From Brevundimonas sp. (GTDB lineage Bacteria > Pseudomonadota > Alphaproteobacteria > Caulobacterales > Caulobacteraceae), in assembly GCF_035561115.1 (NCBI RefSeq), contig NZ_DATMYH010000035.1, positions 208-64,207 on the forward strand: DNA of 64,000 nt, given 5' to 3'. Positions 1-10,979 of the stretch are shown here, piece by piece. Below the pieces are notes generated by a model. That model did not search any database. It was not told where the DNA came from and saw only the letters and a program-made list of their open reading frames with translations. Each line of letters starts with the position of its first letter. Within the stretch, counting starts at the first letter, position 1. Both the position numbers and the translations under genes were made by a program.

Positions 1-321
1 GCCTATCGAGTCGGGCGTGAACGGCTGGCCATTGGACTTCAGCGCCTGCGCCCCCGCCTTCAGGCAGCGGTCGGCCAGCGGAATGTCGGCGGTGATGACG
101 ATGTCGCCCGGCCCGGCCCGTTCGGCGATCCAGTCGTCGGCGATATCGGGCCCGGCGTCGACGACGACCTGTTCGATCCACGTTTCGCGCGGCGTATTGA
201 TCCAGCTGTTCGAGACCACGAACACATGCAGGCCGTACCGCGCCGCCACGCGATAGACCTCGTCCTTCACCGGACAGGCGTCGGCGTCGATGAAGAGGCG
301 GGGCAGGGTGGGCGCGGTCAT
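1..321 (-). CDS. YaiI/YqxD (DUF188) family protein, 3' end truncated by window edge
   Basis: Manual translation from ATG at 321: [26 protein letters not shown]...DIADDWI...VITADIPLA; IDADACPVK and TADIPLA are family motifs. Not in the ORF track because it runs off the edge. Confidence 0.85.
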   Translation of the reverse strand, partial: MTAPTLPRLFIDADACPVKDEVYRVAARYGLHVFVVSNSWINTPRETWIEQVVVDAGPDIADDWIAERAGPGDIVITADIPLADRCLKAGAQALKSNGQPFTPDSIG

Positions 322-383
322 CCCGGCAACCTAGCGCAAGTCGCGCTCAAGCAGCGAGTGACCGCGTCACGAGCGTTAGCGCC

Positions 384-1736
384 CTAACGTGTATATGCCG
401 GCGGCATCGCCCCTTCGCCGCCCGTGCGATAGCGGTCGCGCAGCAGGAACTGACGGCTGGTCGGCGCCTGTTCGGCCCCGCCGATGAAGATGGTCTCGGC
501 GATGCTCAGCGGTTCCAGCGGATCGCCGGACCAGACCACCACATCGGCCGCCGCCCCCGCGCGCAGCTCGCCGAACTGGCCGGCCATGCCGAAGATCTTC
601 GCCGGATTGACCGTGATCGCCTCGATCGCCGCATCGTAGGGCAGGCCGTGCGAGACGGCGTTTCCGGCGTTGTAGCGGGTCTCGCGGGCCCGATGGATCG
701 AGCCTTCGTTGCCCTTGATGGCGATAACCACCCCGGCGGCGTCCAGGGCCGCAGCGTTCTCCATCCGCACGGCCCGGGTCTCCAGATCGCCGGGCAGGTT
801 GGAAATCGGGTTCAGCAGTACGGGCACGCCCGCGGCCACGATCTGGTCGGCGACCAGCCAGCCCTCTTCGGCGCCGTCCAGTATGATCTGCAGACCCTCC
901 TCGCGCGCCAGCCGCAGCACCTGCTGGACGTCGGCCGCGCGATGCACGGTGACGATCAGCGGCAGGGTCCCGTTCGCGACCGGGATCAGCGCCTCCAGAT
1001 CGGCCCTCGACAGGCTGAGGTCGCGCAGGCCCGCGCGGTCGTAGGCGGCCTTGTTGCGCGCATAGAGCCGCACCTCGGCCAGGGTTTCCTTGAACTGGGT
1101 GAACTCGGCCCCGCGGGCGCCGCCCGAGACGCCGGCGCCGGCCTCGCCGAACGGCGCGACCATGGCGACGCGCGGCTTGACGAGGATGTCGGTCCCCTGC
1201 GCCAGATGGATGATCGCGGCCTGTCCGGCGAACAGGCCGGGCGACTGCAGACCGGCCGAACCGACCCCGGCGAAATCGCTGTCGTCCTGGTGCTGGTGTC
1301 CACCCGAGCTTCCCGGATGGCTCGGCACCACGATGGCCCGGGTGATGCCGCCCAGGCGCGCGACCGGCAGGGTGAAGGACCACGGATCGAGGCCATAGCT
1401 GACGTCGAACGAGGCGCTGATGGAGTTGGCCCCGTTGGACTGGTCGTCCGACCCGCCCACCGACGAGATTTCCGAGGCGCCCAGGCCGCTGTCGACGGCG
1501 ACGAAGCCCGGAGCGACCACCTTGCCGCGGGCGTCGATGACCCGGGCGCCCGAGGGCGCGGCGCCGGTCCCGACCGAGACGACCCGGCCGTTCTGGATCA
1601 CCACCGTCCCGTTCTCGATGACGGAGGTTCCGGTCAGCACCCGGCCGCCGGTGATGGCGGTCAGGGACTGGGCGAAGGCGGGCGATGTCAGCGTTGCGGC
1701 GCAGACGGCGCCGAGGATGAGGTTCCTGAGGCGCAT
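384..1736 (-). CDS. Exported amidohydrolase family protein, probably catalytically degenerate partner
   Basis: Signal peptide, TIM-barrel amidohydrolase features (APGFVAVDS, ITVNPAKIFG, ADVVVWSGDPL). The HxH metal motif is replaced. ATGA overlap with the upstream gene. Confidence 0.85.
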   Translation of the reverse strand: MRLRNLILGAVCAATLTSPAFAQSLTAITGGRVLTGTSVIENGTVVIQNGRVVSVGTGAAPSGARVIDARGKVVAPGFVAVDSGLGASEISSVGGSDDQSNGANSISASFDVSYGLDPWSFTLPVARLGGITRAIVVPSHPGSSGGHQHQDDSDFAGVGSAGLQSPGLFAGQAAIIHLAQGTDILVKPRVAMVAPFGEAGAGVSGGARGAEFTQFKETLAEVRLYARNKAAYDRAGLRDLSLSRADLEALIPVANGTLPLIVTVHRAADVQQVLRLAREEGLQIILDGAEEGWLVADQIVAAGVPVLLNPISNLPGDLETRAVRMENAAALDAAGVVIAIKGNEGSIHRARETRYNAGNAVSHGLPYDAAIEAITVNPAKIFGMAGQFGELRAGAAADVVVWSGDPLEPLSIAETIFIGGAEQAPTSRQFLLRDRYRTGGEGAMPPAYTR

Positions 1737-3229
1737 CAGCGGGCTCCCTGCGGGACGTTGGCGGCGGAGAGACCGAAGCCGGGCTGGCCCAGCTCATAGT
1801 CGGACAGCGGCTGATAGGCCGGGTTCATGCGGTCGAAGCTCAGGCCGCCGTCGATGAAGACCTGGTCGGCGCGGGCGTAGACGCTGAACGGATTGGCGCT
1901 CCAGATCACCACGTCGGCGCGCTTGCCGGGCTCCAGCGACCCGGTCTGGTCGGCGATGCCCAGCGAACGGGCCGGGTTCAGGGTGATCCAGCTGATCGCC
2001 CGCTCCTCGGAGATGTTCATCCCCATGCGGCGGCCGGCGGCCAGGCCGGCGGCCGCCTCCTGATTGAGGCGCTGGGTCAGTTCGGCGTCGTCCGAGTGGA
2101 TCACCGCGCACGACCCCTGCGGCGCGTCGACCAGGGCGGCGTTGGCCTCGACCGCGTCCAGGGCCTCCATCTTGAAGCCCCACCAGCCGGTCCACATGTC
2201 GGCGCAGATGCCTTCGCGCGCCAGCAGCGGCGCGACCTTGTAGGCCTCGATGGCGTGGTGGAAGGCGGTGATGCGGTAGCCGAACTCCTTGGCGATATCG
2301 ATCATCACCGCCATCTCGTCGGCGCGGTAGCAGTGGTTCTGAACCAGCACCGATCCGTCCAGGACCCCGACAAGGGTCTCGAGCTGCAGGTTGCGGGTCG
2401 GCGGCGAACCCTCGCCGTCCTCGCGCCATTTGTCCCATTTGGCCTTGTATTCGCGGGCCGCGATGAAGGCGGCGCGATAGCCGGCGACATTGCCCATGCC
2501 CGTGGCCGGCGAGGTGTTGCGGCCGCCATAGACGCGCGACGGGTTCTCGCCGCAGGCCATCTTCAGCCCGTAGGGGGCGCCGGGCATCTTCATGCCCTGC
2601 ATGGTCACGGACGGAATATTGCGCACGGTCACGCCGCGGCCGCCGAACAGATTGGCCGAGCCGGGCAGGATCTGGAGCGTGGTCACGCCGCCCGCCCGGG
2701 CCTGGTTGAAGCCGGGGTCCTGGGGCCACAGGGAATGCTCGGCCCAGACCTGGGCGGTGTTTGGATTGGTCGCCTCATTGCCGTCGCTCATGCCCTGCAC
2801 GCCCGGCGAGGGATAGACGCCCAGATGGCTGTGCACGTCGATGATGCCGGGCGTCACGAACCGGCCGCGCGCGTCCACGACGCGGTGGCCGGCGGGGACC
2901 GGGGTCGAGGCGTCGCCGACCGCAGCCACCTTGCCGTCGGTGACGACGACCACGCCGTTCTCGATCCGTTGACCGGCGCCGGTGAAGACCACGCCCCCCA
3001 CGATGGCGAAATCTTCGCGCGGCAGGCCGCGATAGGTCGAGGGGAAGGGATCGGGGTTGGCCGCAAAGTCGAGGCCGCGGGCCAGCGGCGCCCGCGCCTC
3101 GTCGGACGAGTCGTCCGCTTCAGGCTTGTCGTCCCCCCCGGTGGTGGCGCAGGCCGTCAGGGCCAGAGAGCCCGCCAGCACGCAGGCGAGGGCGGCGAGG
3201 CTGGAACCCCGCAAGGCGTGAAGTCTCAT
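1736..3229 (-). CDS. Amidohydrolase family lipoprotein
   Basis: Start trimmed to MRLHALRG at 3229; lipobox LTAC; PGIIDVHSH metal motif; ITLNPARSLG; GSLEPGKRADVVIW. Confidence 0.9.
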   Translation of the reverse strand: MRLHALRGSSLAALACVLAGSLALTACATTGGDDKPEADDSSDEARAPLARGLDFAANPDPFPSTYRGLPREDFAIVGGVVFTGAGQRIENGVVVVTDGKVAAVGDASTPVPAGHRVVDARGRFVTPGIIDVHSHLGVYPSPGVQGMSDGNEATNPNTAQVWAEHSLWPQDPGFNQARAGGVTTLQILPGSANLFGGRGVTVRNIPSVTMQGMKMPGAPYGLKMACGENPSRVYGGRNTSPATGMGNVAGYRAAFIAAREYKAKWDKWREDGEGSPPTRNLQLETLVGVLDGSVLVQNHCYRADEMAVMIDIAKEFGYRITAFHHAIEAYKVAPLLAREGICADMWTGWWGFKMEALDAVEANAALVDAPQGSCAVIHSDDAELTQRLNQEAAAGLAAGRRMGMNISEERAISWITLNPARSLGIADQTGSLEPGKRADVVIWSANPFSVYARADQVFIDGGLSFDRMNPAYQPLSDYELGQPGFGLSAANVPQGAR

Positions 3230-3324
3230 CGAACGCTCCCCTGATACGCCCAACCTGGAGAATGGGGGCGCATGTCGGGGCGGATTACAAAAGCCTCCGG
3301 CGCGTCCCGTCAAAGCCGGAAACA

Positions 3325-3603
3325 TTACAAACCGGTAAGGCGCGTTCGCATCTCGTCGTTCGACAGGCCGGCGATGTCGATCATCTTGGTGCGGGACTGC
3401 CCGCCGCGCTGGAGGACCACCGCCGATTTCGGCACGCGCAGCGCCTTGGCCAACAGTTTGATCAGGGCCTCGTTCGCCTCGCCCTCGACGGGCCGGGCGC
3501 GCACCCGGACCTTGAGAACGGGCCGACCCTCTGCGTCCACGTCCCAGCCGTCCATACGGTCGGATGATGCGCCGGGGGTCAGTCTGACGGCGAGATTGGC
3601 CAT
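3325..3603 (-). CDS. yggU: DUF167 / YggU family protein
   Basis: LAVRLTPGAS...VRARPVEGEANEALIKLLAKALRVPKSAV...GGQSRTK, typical of UPF0235. Confidence 0.85.
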   Translation of the reverse strand: MANLAVRLTPGASSDRMDGWDVDAEGRPVLKVRVRARPVEGEANEALIKLLAKALRVPKSAVVLQRGGQSRTKMIDIAGLSNDEMRTRLTGL

Positions 3604-3627
3604 GGCGGTGGGTCTGACAGGCCTGGT

Positions 3628-5082
3628 TCAGTGGACGGGCACACGATTGGCAATAAAGGCCCCGAGCTTGTCACCTCGCCACATAGGGGCGACGTTCGTG
3701 AGAACCACGACAACGGCCTGGCCCCGGCCAATGATGCGAAGGGTCCCGTTCTGTCCCGGGCCTCCTCCATCATGGCCGACGTCTGAAACATCCCCTGCGG
3801 CGCGGATCTGAAAGCCGAAGCCAAGATCGGTCTCATCGCCATGCACCTGAGGCGTCCACATTTCATCGACGGTTTGCCGACTCAACAGCTGGGATGACGT
3901 GAGCGCCTCGGCGAACTTCAACATGTCCCCGACCGTCGAAAAGGCGGTCCCCGCTGGCGAGCCGACGCCATCGAAGGGCGGAGGAGAACGTTCGAGGGTC
4001 TCGCCCGACATCACATAGGTCGTGGCCACCGGCGTACTGCTGATCGCCGCGTCCAGGCCGGAGTGGGTCATCCCCGCCGGTCCGAATATCCTGTCCTGTA
4101 GATAGTTCACATAGGCCTGTCCCGAGGCGACCTCGATCAGGCGACCGAGCACGACATAACCGTAGTTCGCGTAGCTGAAACGGGAGCCGGGCGCGAACTG
4201 CGGCGCCCGCGCACCGAACATCGCCACATAGTCAGAGGGTGTCCGAAGCGTCTCGTAGTTTTCGGCCCACATCCGGGACATGAAATCGCCCGCCCCGCCC
4301 GTGTGAGTCAGAAGCTGGCGGATGGTGACGGTGTTTGCGAACTCCGCGTTCGGATAGTCGGTCAGGTAACGCCCGATGGGCGCGTCCATCTCGAGCTTGC
4401 CCGCCTCGACCAGCTGCATCACACCAACGGCCGTAAACATTTTGCCCATCGAGGCCATGCGAAACGGCGTTTCGAGCGAGTTCGGCGTCAGAGAATTCCG
4501 GTCCGCGTATCCGCTCGCCTTCTGATAGACTTTGCGTCCGTCGACAGCGACGAGAACCGCGCCTGAGAAGTCGCCCATTGCCGCCAGCTGCTGGTCGATC
4601 TCACGCCCCAGCTGCGCAACTCCCAGCCGTGTCGGGGCCGGAACATCCGCAGGCCGATCAATCGGCAGAAGCGTCAACCGATCGATGGCCTCTCCATCCG
4701 CACGGAGATGAACCTCGAGGCGAAAATACTCGTCCGCCAGACGCGCCTTGACGACATCTACAGCATCAAGTTGCGAAGCGATCTCCACCTTGACCAGATC
4801 ATAACCGCCGCTCTGAACCCGACTCCGGTCGTCGTTTCCGATGAATTCGTCGTGCCCCGCATCAGCGCCCGGCCAGTGCGAGGCGACGAACGCGTCATAG
4901 GCCGTCCGGTCTCCGGCATTGAAAACATCCAGATAGCGAACCGCCATCGCCTGGGCAGCCAACGGCTCCGTGGCCAACCCCACCGTCGGAAACGCCACGA
5001 CCATCAGCGCGACTGCCGGTAGACGGAACAACCATCGCCGGGTTTTGCTCTGTCTGTGACACGGCGTCATCGAAAGCTGCAT
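3628..5082 (-). CDS. Serine hydrolase (class C beta-lactamase-like/PBP fold), exported
   Basis: SxxK motif (ASMGKMF), LLTHTGG, FSYANYGY, GHDGG; probable start at 5082 or a later Met. Confidence 0.85.
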   Translation of the reverse strand: MQLSMTPCHRQSKTRRWLFRLPAVALMVVAFPTVGLATEPLAAQAMAVRYLDVFNAGDRTAYDAFVASHWPGADAGHDEFIGNDDRSRVQSGGYDLVKVEIASQLDAVDVVKARLADEYFRLEVHLRADGEAIDRLTLLPIDRPADVPAPTRLGVAQLGREIDQQLAAMGDFSGAVLVAVDGRKVYQKASGYADRNSLTPNSLETPFRMASMGKMFTAVGVMQLVEAGKLEMDAPIGRYLTDYPNAEFANTVTIRQLLTHTGGAGDFMSRMWAENYETLRTPSDYVAMFGARAPQFAPGSRFSYANYGYVVLGRLIEVASGQAYVNYLQDRIFGPAGMTHSGLDAAISSTPVATTYVMSGETLERSPPPFDGVGSPAGTAFSTVGDMLKFAEALTSSQLLSRQTVDEMWTPQVHGDETDLGFGFQIRAAGDVSDVGHDGGGPGQNGTLRIIGRGQAVVVVLTNVAPMWRGDKLGAFIANRVPVH

Positions 5083-5182
5083 AGCGCTGGCCCTGGGTGT
5101 TCGACTACATTCTAGCACCCGCCCATGAAAAAGGGCGCGGGCCTTTCGGCGCCACGCCCCCCTCACTCCCTTTGGCCGGACC

Positions 5183-6112
5183 CTACCCCAGCGCCTTCAT
5201 CAGCTCCGGCACCACCACCTTGTAGTCCCCCACAATCCCATAGTCGGCGACCTGGAAGATCGGGGCGTCGGCGTCCTTGTTGATGGCGACGATGATCTTG
5301 GAGTCCTTCATCCCGGCCAGATGCTGGATGGCGCCCGAGATGCCGATGGCGATGTAGAGGGCCGGGGCCACCACCTTGCCGGTCTGGCCGACCTGGTAGT
5401 CGTTGGGGGCGTAGCCCGCGTCCACGGCGGCGCGCGAGGCGCCGACGGCGGCGCCCAGCTTGTCGGCCAGCGGGTCCATGACGGCGTGGAATTCCTCGGC
5501 CGAACCGAGCGCCCGGCCGCCCGAGACGACGATCTTCGCGGCGCCCAGTTCAGGCCGGTCCGACTTGACCATCTCCTCGCTGACGAAGGCCGCCTTGCCG
5601 GCGTCCGCGCCCGCCACGGTCTCGACCTTGGCCGAGCCGCCCTCGGCGGCGGCGTCGAAGCTGGTCGGGCGCACGGTGATGACCTTCTTCGCATCGCCGG
5701 ACTGGACCGTCTCCAGCGCATTGCCCGCATAGATCGGGCGCACGAAGGTGTCGTTCGACACGACCTCGATGATGTCCGAGATCGGGGCCACATCGAGCTT
5801 CGCCGCGATGCGCGGCATGAAATTCTTGCCGTCGGTGGTCGCCGGCGAAAGGATGGCCTCATAGCCGCCCGCCAGACCTACGACGGTCGCCTCGACCGCC
5901 TCGGCCAGCTGGTGGCCCAGGCCGGCACTTTCCGCCAGCAGGACCTTGCGCACGCCGGCGATCTTCGCGGCGGCGTCGGCCGCGGCCTTCGAGCCCTGGC
6001 CGATGACCAGCACATCCACGTCGCCCGACAGCTTCAGGGCGGCGGTGACGGTCTTGTGGGTGGTGTCGCGGACGGTGTCCCCGTCGCGGTCGGCGATGAC
6101 GAGAACGGCCAT
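5183..6112 (-). CDS. etfA: Electron transfer flavoprotein alpha subunit
   Basis: [48 protein letters not shown]. Confidence 0.97.
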   Translation of the reverse strand: MAVLVIADRDGDTVRDTTHKTVTAALKLSGDVDVLVIGQGSKAAADAAAKIAGVRKVLLAESAGLGHQLAEAVEATVVGLAGGYEAILSPATTDGKNFMPRIAAKLDVAPISDIIEVVSNDTFVRPIYAGNALETVQSGDAKKVITVRPTSFDAAAEGGSAKVETVAGADAGKAAFVSEEMVKSDRPELGAAKIVVSGGRALGSAEEFHAVMDPLADKLGAAVGASRAAVDAGYAPNDYQVGQTGKVVAPALYIAIGISGAIQHLAGMKDSKIIVAINKDADAPIFQVADYGIVGDYKVVVPELMKALG

Positions 6113-6876
6113 TACAGGACCCCCGCGGTCTTGAGTTTCGCAACCAGTTCGGCGGCGTCGGCCACCTTGATTCCGGCCGAGCGCTGCGGCGGGGCCGTGA
6201 CCTTGACCACCTTCAGCCGCGGCGCGGTGTCGACGCCATAGTCGGCGACCGCCTTGACCGCGATCTCCTTCTTCTTGGCCTTCATGATGTTGGGCAGGGA
6301 GGCGTAGCGCGGGGTGTTCAGCCGCAGGTCGACCGACACCACCGCCGGCAGGGTCGCCGACAGGGTCTGCAGGCCGCCGTCGACCTCGCGCGTCACGGTC
6401 GCCTTGCCGTCGGCCATGACGATCTTGCCGGCGAAGGTGGCCTGGGGCCAGTCCAGCAGGGCGGCCAGCATCTGGCCGACCGCATTGTTGTCGCCGTCGA
6501 TCGATTGCTTGCCCAGCAGGACCAGATCCGGCTTCTCCTCGTCGACCACGGCCTTCAGCAGCTTGGCCACGGCCAGCGGCTCCAGATCGGCGTCCGACTG
6601 GATCAGCAGACCCCGGTCCGCGCCCATGGCCAGGGCCGTGCGGATGGTTTCCTGGGCCTGGGTCACGCCGATCGAGACGACCACGATCTCGGTCACGGTC
6701 CCGGCGGCGTGATGCTCCTTGCCCTCCTTCATGCGCACGGCCTCTTCGACGGCGATCTCGTCGAAGGGATTCATGCTCATCTTGACGTTGGCCAGATCAA
6801 CGCCGGTCTGGTCCGCCTTGACGCGAGCCTTGACGTTGTAGTCGATCACCCGTTTGACGGGGACGAGAACCTTCAT
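6112..6876 (-). CDS. etfB: Electron transfer flavoprotein beta subunit
   Basis: Start [13 protein letters not shown] at 6876; [44 protein letters not shown]. Confidence 0.97.
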   Translation of the reverse strand: MKVLVPVKRVIDYNVKARVKADQTGVDLANVKMSMNPFDEIAVEEAVRMKEGKEHHAAGTVTEIVVVSIGVTQAQETIRTALAMGADRGLLIQSDADLEPLAVAKLLKAVVDEEKPDLVLLGKQSIDGDNNAVGQMLAALLDWPQATFAGKIVMADGKATVTREVDGGLQTLSATLPAVVSVDLRLNTPRYASLPNIMKAKKKEIAVKAVADYGVDTAPRLKVVKVTAPPQRSAGIKVADAAELVAKLKTAGVL

Positions 6877-6998
6877 TGTGCTATCCACGAAAGCGCCGGA
6901 ATGTTGCGTCAGGGAATGGTACGCCGCATCCGGCCTGTCAACGTAACGCCGCGTCAACCCGCCCGTTCGGCCGTCCTCACAGCTTCGGAAATCCGTAG

Positions 6999-7331
6999 AT
7001 GAACCGCCTCCTGACAATGAAACGGCTCAGCATCCTGTTCCTGGCGACCTTCGCCGTGCTGATCGGCGTCATGTTCGCCTATGACGCCATCGTCGTCGCG
7101 CCGGGCGATCGCTGCGAGGAAGGCGGCAAATGGTGGGACCCCCAGGACAAGGTCTGCGCCCAGCCGATCTCGATCGCCGAGATCACCGGCCGGCCCAACC
7201 CCGGCCAGCGCGCCGCCGCCTCGGCCGAGAAGAATCGCGAACTGGTGGCGATCGAGGATTCGCTGGCGGCCCAGCAGAAGGCCCGCGACGCCGACGCCGA
7301 CCGCCAGCGCGCCGCCCTCGCCGCGCAATAG
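6999..7331 (+). CDS. Hypothetical membrane-anchored protein with Cys pair
   Basis: N-terminal TM helix, [15 protein letters not shown], coiled-coil tail; GC3-biased codons; followed by a hairpin. Alternative start 7017. Confidence 0.7.
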   Translation: MNRLLTMKRLSILFLATFAVLIGVMFAYDAIVVAPGDRCEEGGKWWDPQDKVCAQPISIAEITGRPNPGQRAAASAEKNRELVAIEDSLAAQQKARDADADRQRAALAAQ

Positions 7332-7343
7332 ATCGATTTCCGC

Positions 7344-7370
7344 CGCCTGCGTCCGATTCTGACGCAGGCG
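7344..7370. terminator. Hairpin between convergent genes
   Basis: cgcctgcgtc-cgattct-gacgcaggcg, perfect 10-bp stem. Confidence 0.55.
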
Positions 7371-7437
7371 CGTGCTTCATTGGCCAAAGCCCAGTGGGCG
7401 TGGTCTTTGACAATCGAACCCTGCACGCATCCGAGCC

Positions 7438-7558
7438 GGACTCAGTGGACTCTTCGGACTCTTCGGACGGTGTTTTTCGGCCGCCGGGCGCGCGCTGTGC
7501 ACGCTTTGCACCGCATTTCGAACGCGCCCGATCGCACGCCCATGAGACTCATGAGACT
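7438..7558. repeat. 9-bp-period tandem repeats containing GANTC sites
   Basis: ggactcagt ggactcttc ggactcttc ggac (7438-7468) and catgagact x2 (7541-7558). Confidence 0.75.
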
Positions 7559-7580
7559 GTTTTTTTATCGGCGGTCCGGG

Positions 7581-8153
7581 CTAGCGCGTGGCGCCCGGCT
7601 TCCACTTCACATCGTCCGCTCCGTTGGCGTTGGCGCGGCGAGCGGCGACGAACAGATGATCTGACAGCCGGTTCAGATAGCGGATCGACGCCGGCGTCAC
7701 CGCCTCTCCCGCCTCGACCAGACGCACGGCCTCCCGCTCGGCCCGTCGCGCCACCGTGCGGGCCAGATGCAGATGGGCCGACAGCGGCGATCCGCCCGGC
7801 AGGATGAAGCTGTCCAGCGCCTTCAGACTCTCGTTCATCCAGTCGATCTCGGCCTCCAGCCGTTCGACCTGGCCGTCGAGGATGCGCAGCGCCTCCCATT
7901 TCGGCGGCGGGTCCAGCGGCGTGGCCAGATCGGCGCCGAGGTCGAACAGCTCGTTCTGGATCCGGCCCAGCATGGCGTCGATACGGTCGTTCTGGCCCGA
8001 ATGCAGCCGGGCCAGGCCGACGACGGCGTTCAACTCGTCCACCGCCCCATAGGCCTCGACCCGGGGATGGCTCTTGGACACCGGCGCGCCCGAGGCCAGC
8101 CGCGTCTCTCCGCCATCGCCCGTCTTCGTATAGATGCGGTTCAGGACCACCAT
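7581..8153 (-). CDS. PduO-type cob(I)alamin adenosyltransferase
   Basis: IYTKTGDGGET, RVEAYGAVDELN, IQNELFDLGADLA, FILPGG, RTVARRAER, YLNRLSDHLF. Confidence 0.93.
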   Translation of the reverse strand: MVVLNRIYTKTGDGGETRLASGAPVSKSHPRVEAYGAVDELNAVVGLARLHSGQNDRIDAMLGRIQNELFDLGADLATPLDPPPKWEALRILDGQVERLEAEIDWMNESLKALDSFILPGGSPLSAHLHLARTVARRAEREAVRLVEAGEAVTPASIRYLNRLSDHLFVAARRANANGADDVKWKPGATR

Positions 8154-8156
8154 GGC

Positions 8157-8363
8157 CTAGGCGCCGTGGGTGGATTTCCACCACATCCCGATGACCAGCA
8201 GCACGATGGCCAGCGCCTGCAGCGCGACACGCAACCGCATCAGCTTGTTGGAGTGGGACCGCGCAAAATCGCCGCCCCGGTACAGCGAATAGATGCCGAA
8301 CCCGAGGGTCACGGCCACCGCCGCTATGGCCAGCAGGATCAGGATGTTCAGAACGTCGCCCAT
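8157..8363 (-). CDS. Twin transmembrane helix small protein (HIG1 domain)
   Basis: Two TM helices flanking SNKLMRLRVALQ. Confidence 0.88.
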   Translation of the reverse strand: MGDVLNILILLAIAAVAVTLGFGIYSLYRGGDFARSHSNKLMRLRVALQALAIVLLVIGMWWKSTHGA

Positions 8364-8372
8364 GCCGCCACC

Positions 8373-9359
8373 CTAGGCGTCCGCCCGGTTCGAGGCCAGT
8401 AGCGGGCCGCGGTAGCGCATTGCGACATCGCAGCGCGCATAGCGGGCGCCGAAGCGGGCCATGATGTCCGCGTCATGGACGAAGCCGGCCTTCTCATACA
8501 GATGGATGGCCGAGGCGCATTTGCGGTTGGTCAGCAGATACAGGGTCTCCGCGCCGAGGGCGCCGGCCCGCCGGATCAGCGCATCGAGCAGATATTCCCC
8601 GGCCTTGCGGCCGCGGGCGCGCTCCAGCACCCCCATCTTGGTCAGTTCGAACTGCCGCTCGCCGGTTTTTTGCAGGGCGCCGGCGCCCACGACGCCGAGA
8701 CCGGCGGCGCGCACGAACAGGATGTCCCCGCCGGGGTCGAGAATGCGGGCGCGGGGATTCTCCAGCACCTCGCGGTCGGTCGCCTCCATGGCGAACATGG
8801 TCTCGATCCATTCGGCGTTGATGTCATGAAAGGCCGGGGCGAGCGTGTCGGTGAAGGGCTCGATCGACAGGCCGGCTCCCGCCGCCTCTTCGGCGCGCCG
8901 GTGCAACGGCTTGCGATCCAGCGCCGCCTCGATCGCGTCCAGCCGTGCGATCAGACCGTCGTCCGCCTCGGCGCAGAGTTCGACGACGGCCTGTTCGACC
9001 CGGGGCCATACGTCGCGTTTGGAGGCCGCCAGCATCTCGCGGCCCCGGTCGGTCAGCGCCACGACCTTGCGGCGGCGGTCGAGGCCCGCGGCCTCCGTGG
9101 CGACCAGACCCAGTCCCGCCAGCCGCGACAGGTTGCGCGTCACCCCGGGCTGGCTCACCCCCGTCGCCAGCACCAGGTCCCCGACCGACAGTGGTCCGTG
9201 CCGGTCCAGCGCGCCCAGCAACGGATAGTGCGACGGCTGAAGCGGAAGGCCGGCGCGCTCGACGACCTTGAGCACATCCGCCTGCATCCGTTCGCCCAGC
9301 CGCTTCAATCGCGTGCCGAGGAACAGGGCCGGGCTTTGACGCACGATGTCCTCGATCAT
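8373..9359 (-). CDS. Bifunctional MarR-type HTH / GNAT N-acetyltransferase
   Basis: N-terminal winged helix (SQPGVTRNL...DRRRKVVALTDRG); C-terminal GNAT (ELTKMGV..RARGRKAG, AIHLYEKAGF). Confidence 0.88.
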   Translation of the reverse strand: MIEDIVRQSPALFLGTRLKRLGERMQADVLKVVERAGLPLQPSHYPLLGALDRHGPLSVGDLVLATGVSQPGVTRNLSRLAGLGLVATEAAGLDRRRKVVALTDRGREMLAASKRDVWPRVEQAVVELCAEADDGLIARLDAIEAALDRKPLHRRAEEAAGAGLSIEPFTDTLAPAFHDINAEWIETMFAMEATDREVLENPRARILDPGGDILFVRAAGLGVVGAGALQKTGERQFELTKMGVLERARGRKAGEYLLDALIRRAGALGAETLYLLTNRKCASAIHLYEKAGFVHDADIMARFGARYARCDVAMRYRGPLLASNRADA

Positions 9360-9372
9360 GACGGATCTCCAC

Positions 9373-9402
9373 TACATATCGAGTTATATATCGCGATATG
9401 TA
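9373..9402. promoter_or_regulatory. AT-rich palindromic operator upstream of the MarR-GNAT gene
   Basis: tacatatcg-N12-cgatatgta plus nested perfect atatcgcgatat (9388-9399), just upstream of the start codon. Confidence 0.6.
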
Positions 9403-9440
9403 TCCTTGGACGAGTGAGGTCCGCAAGCGTCCCAGGCAGG

Positions 9441-9476
9441 AAAAAGGGGCCGGAGGCGATCCGCCCCCGGCCCCTC
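9441..9476 (-). terminator. Rho-independent terminator after ahcY
   Basis: aaaaa-ggggccgg...ccggcccc; hairpin followed by a U-tract on the minus strand. Confidence 0.7.
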
Positions 9477-9497
9477 TGATAAAGCGCCTGACCGGCC

Positions 9498-10889
<1,392 letters not shown>

Positions 10890-10951
10890 GAAGGGAGCTT
10901 TCCGGGCCATTGTTCGCGCGGCGTATAGACCGGTCCAGGCTGCGGGGCAAG

Positions 10952-10979
10952 AAACACATAAGGATATCTTTATGTGTTT
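10952..10979. promoter_or_regulatory. 28-bp palindrome, SahR-like operator
   Basis: aaacacataa-g-gatatc-t-ttatgtgttt (one mismatch), upstream of ahcY; core resembles ATAAAG-N4-CTTTAT. Confidence 0.7.

Noticed and set aside
7130-7807. ORFs 7130-7807 and 7380-7664 spanning the tandem repeats
   Set aside because: They overlap real genes and have low-complexity translations; reported as a DNA repeat instead.
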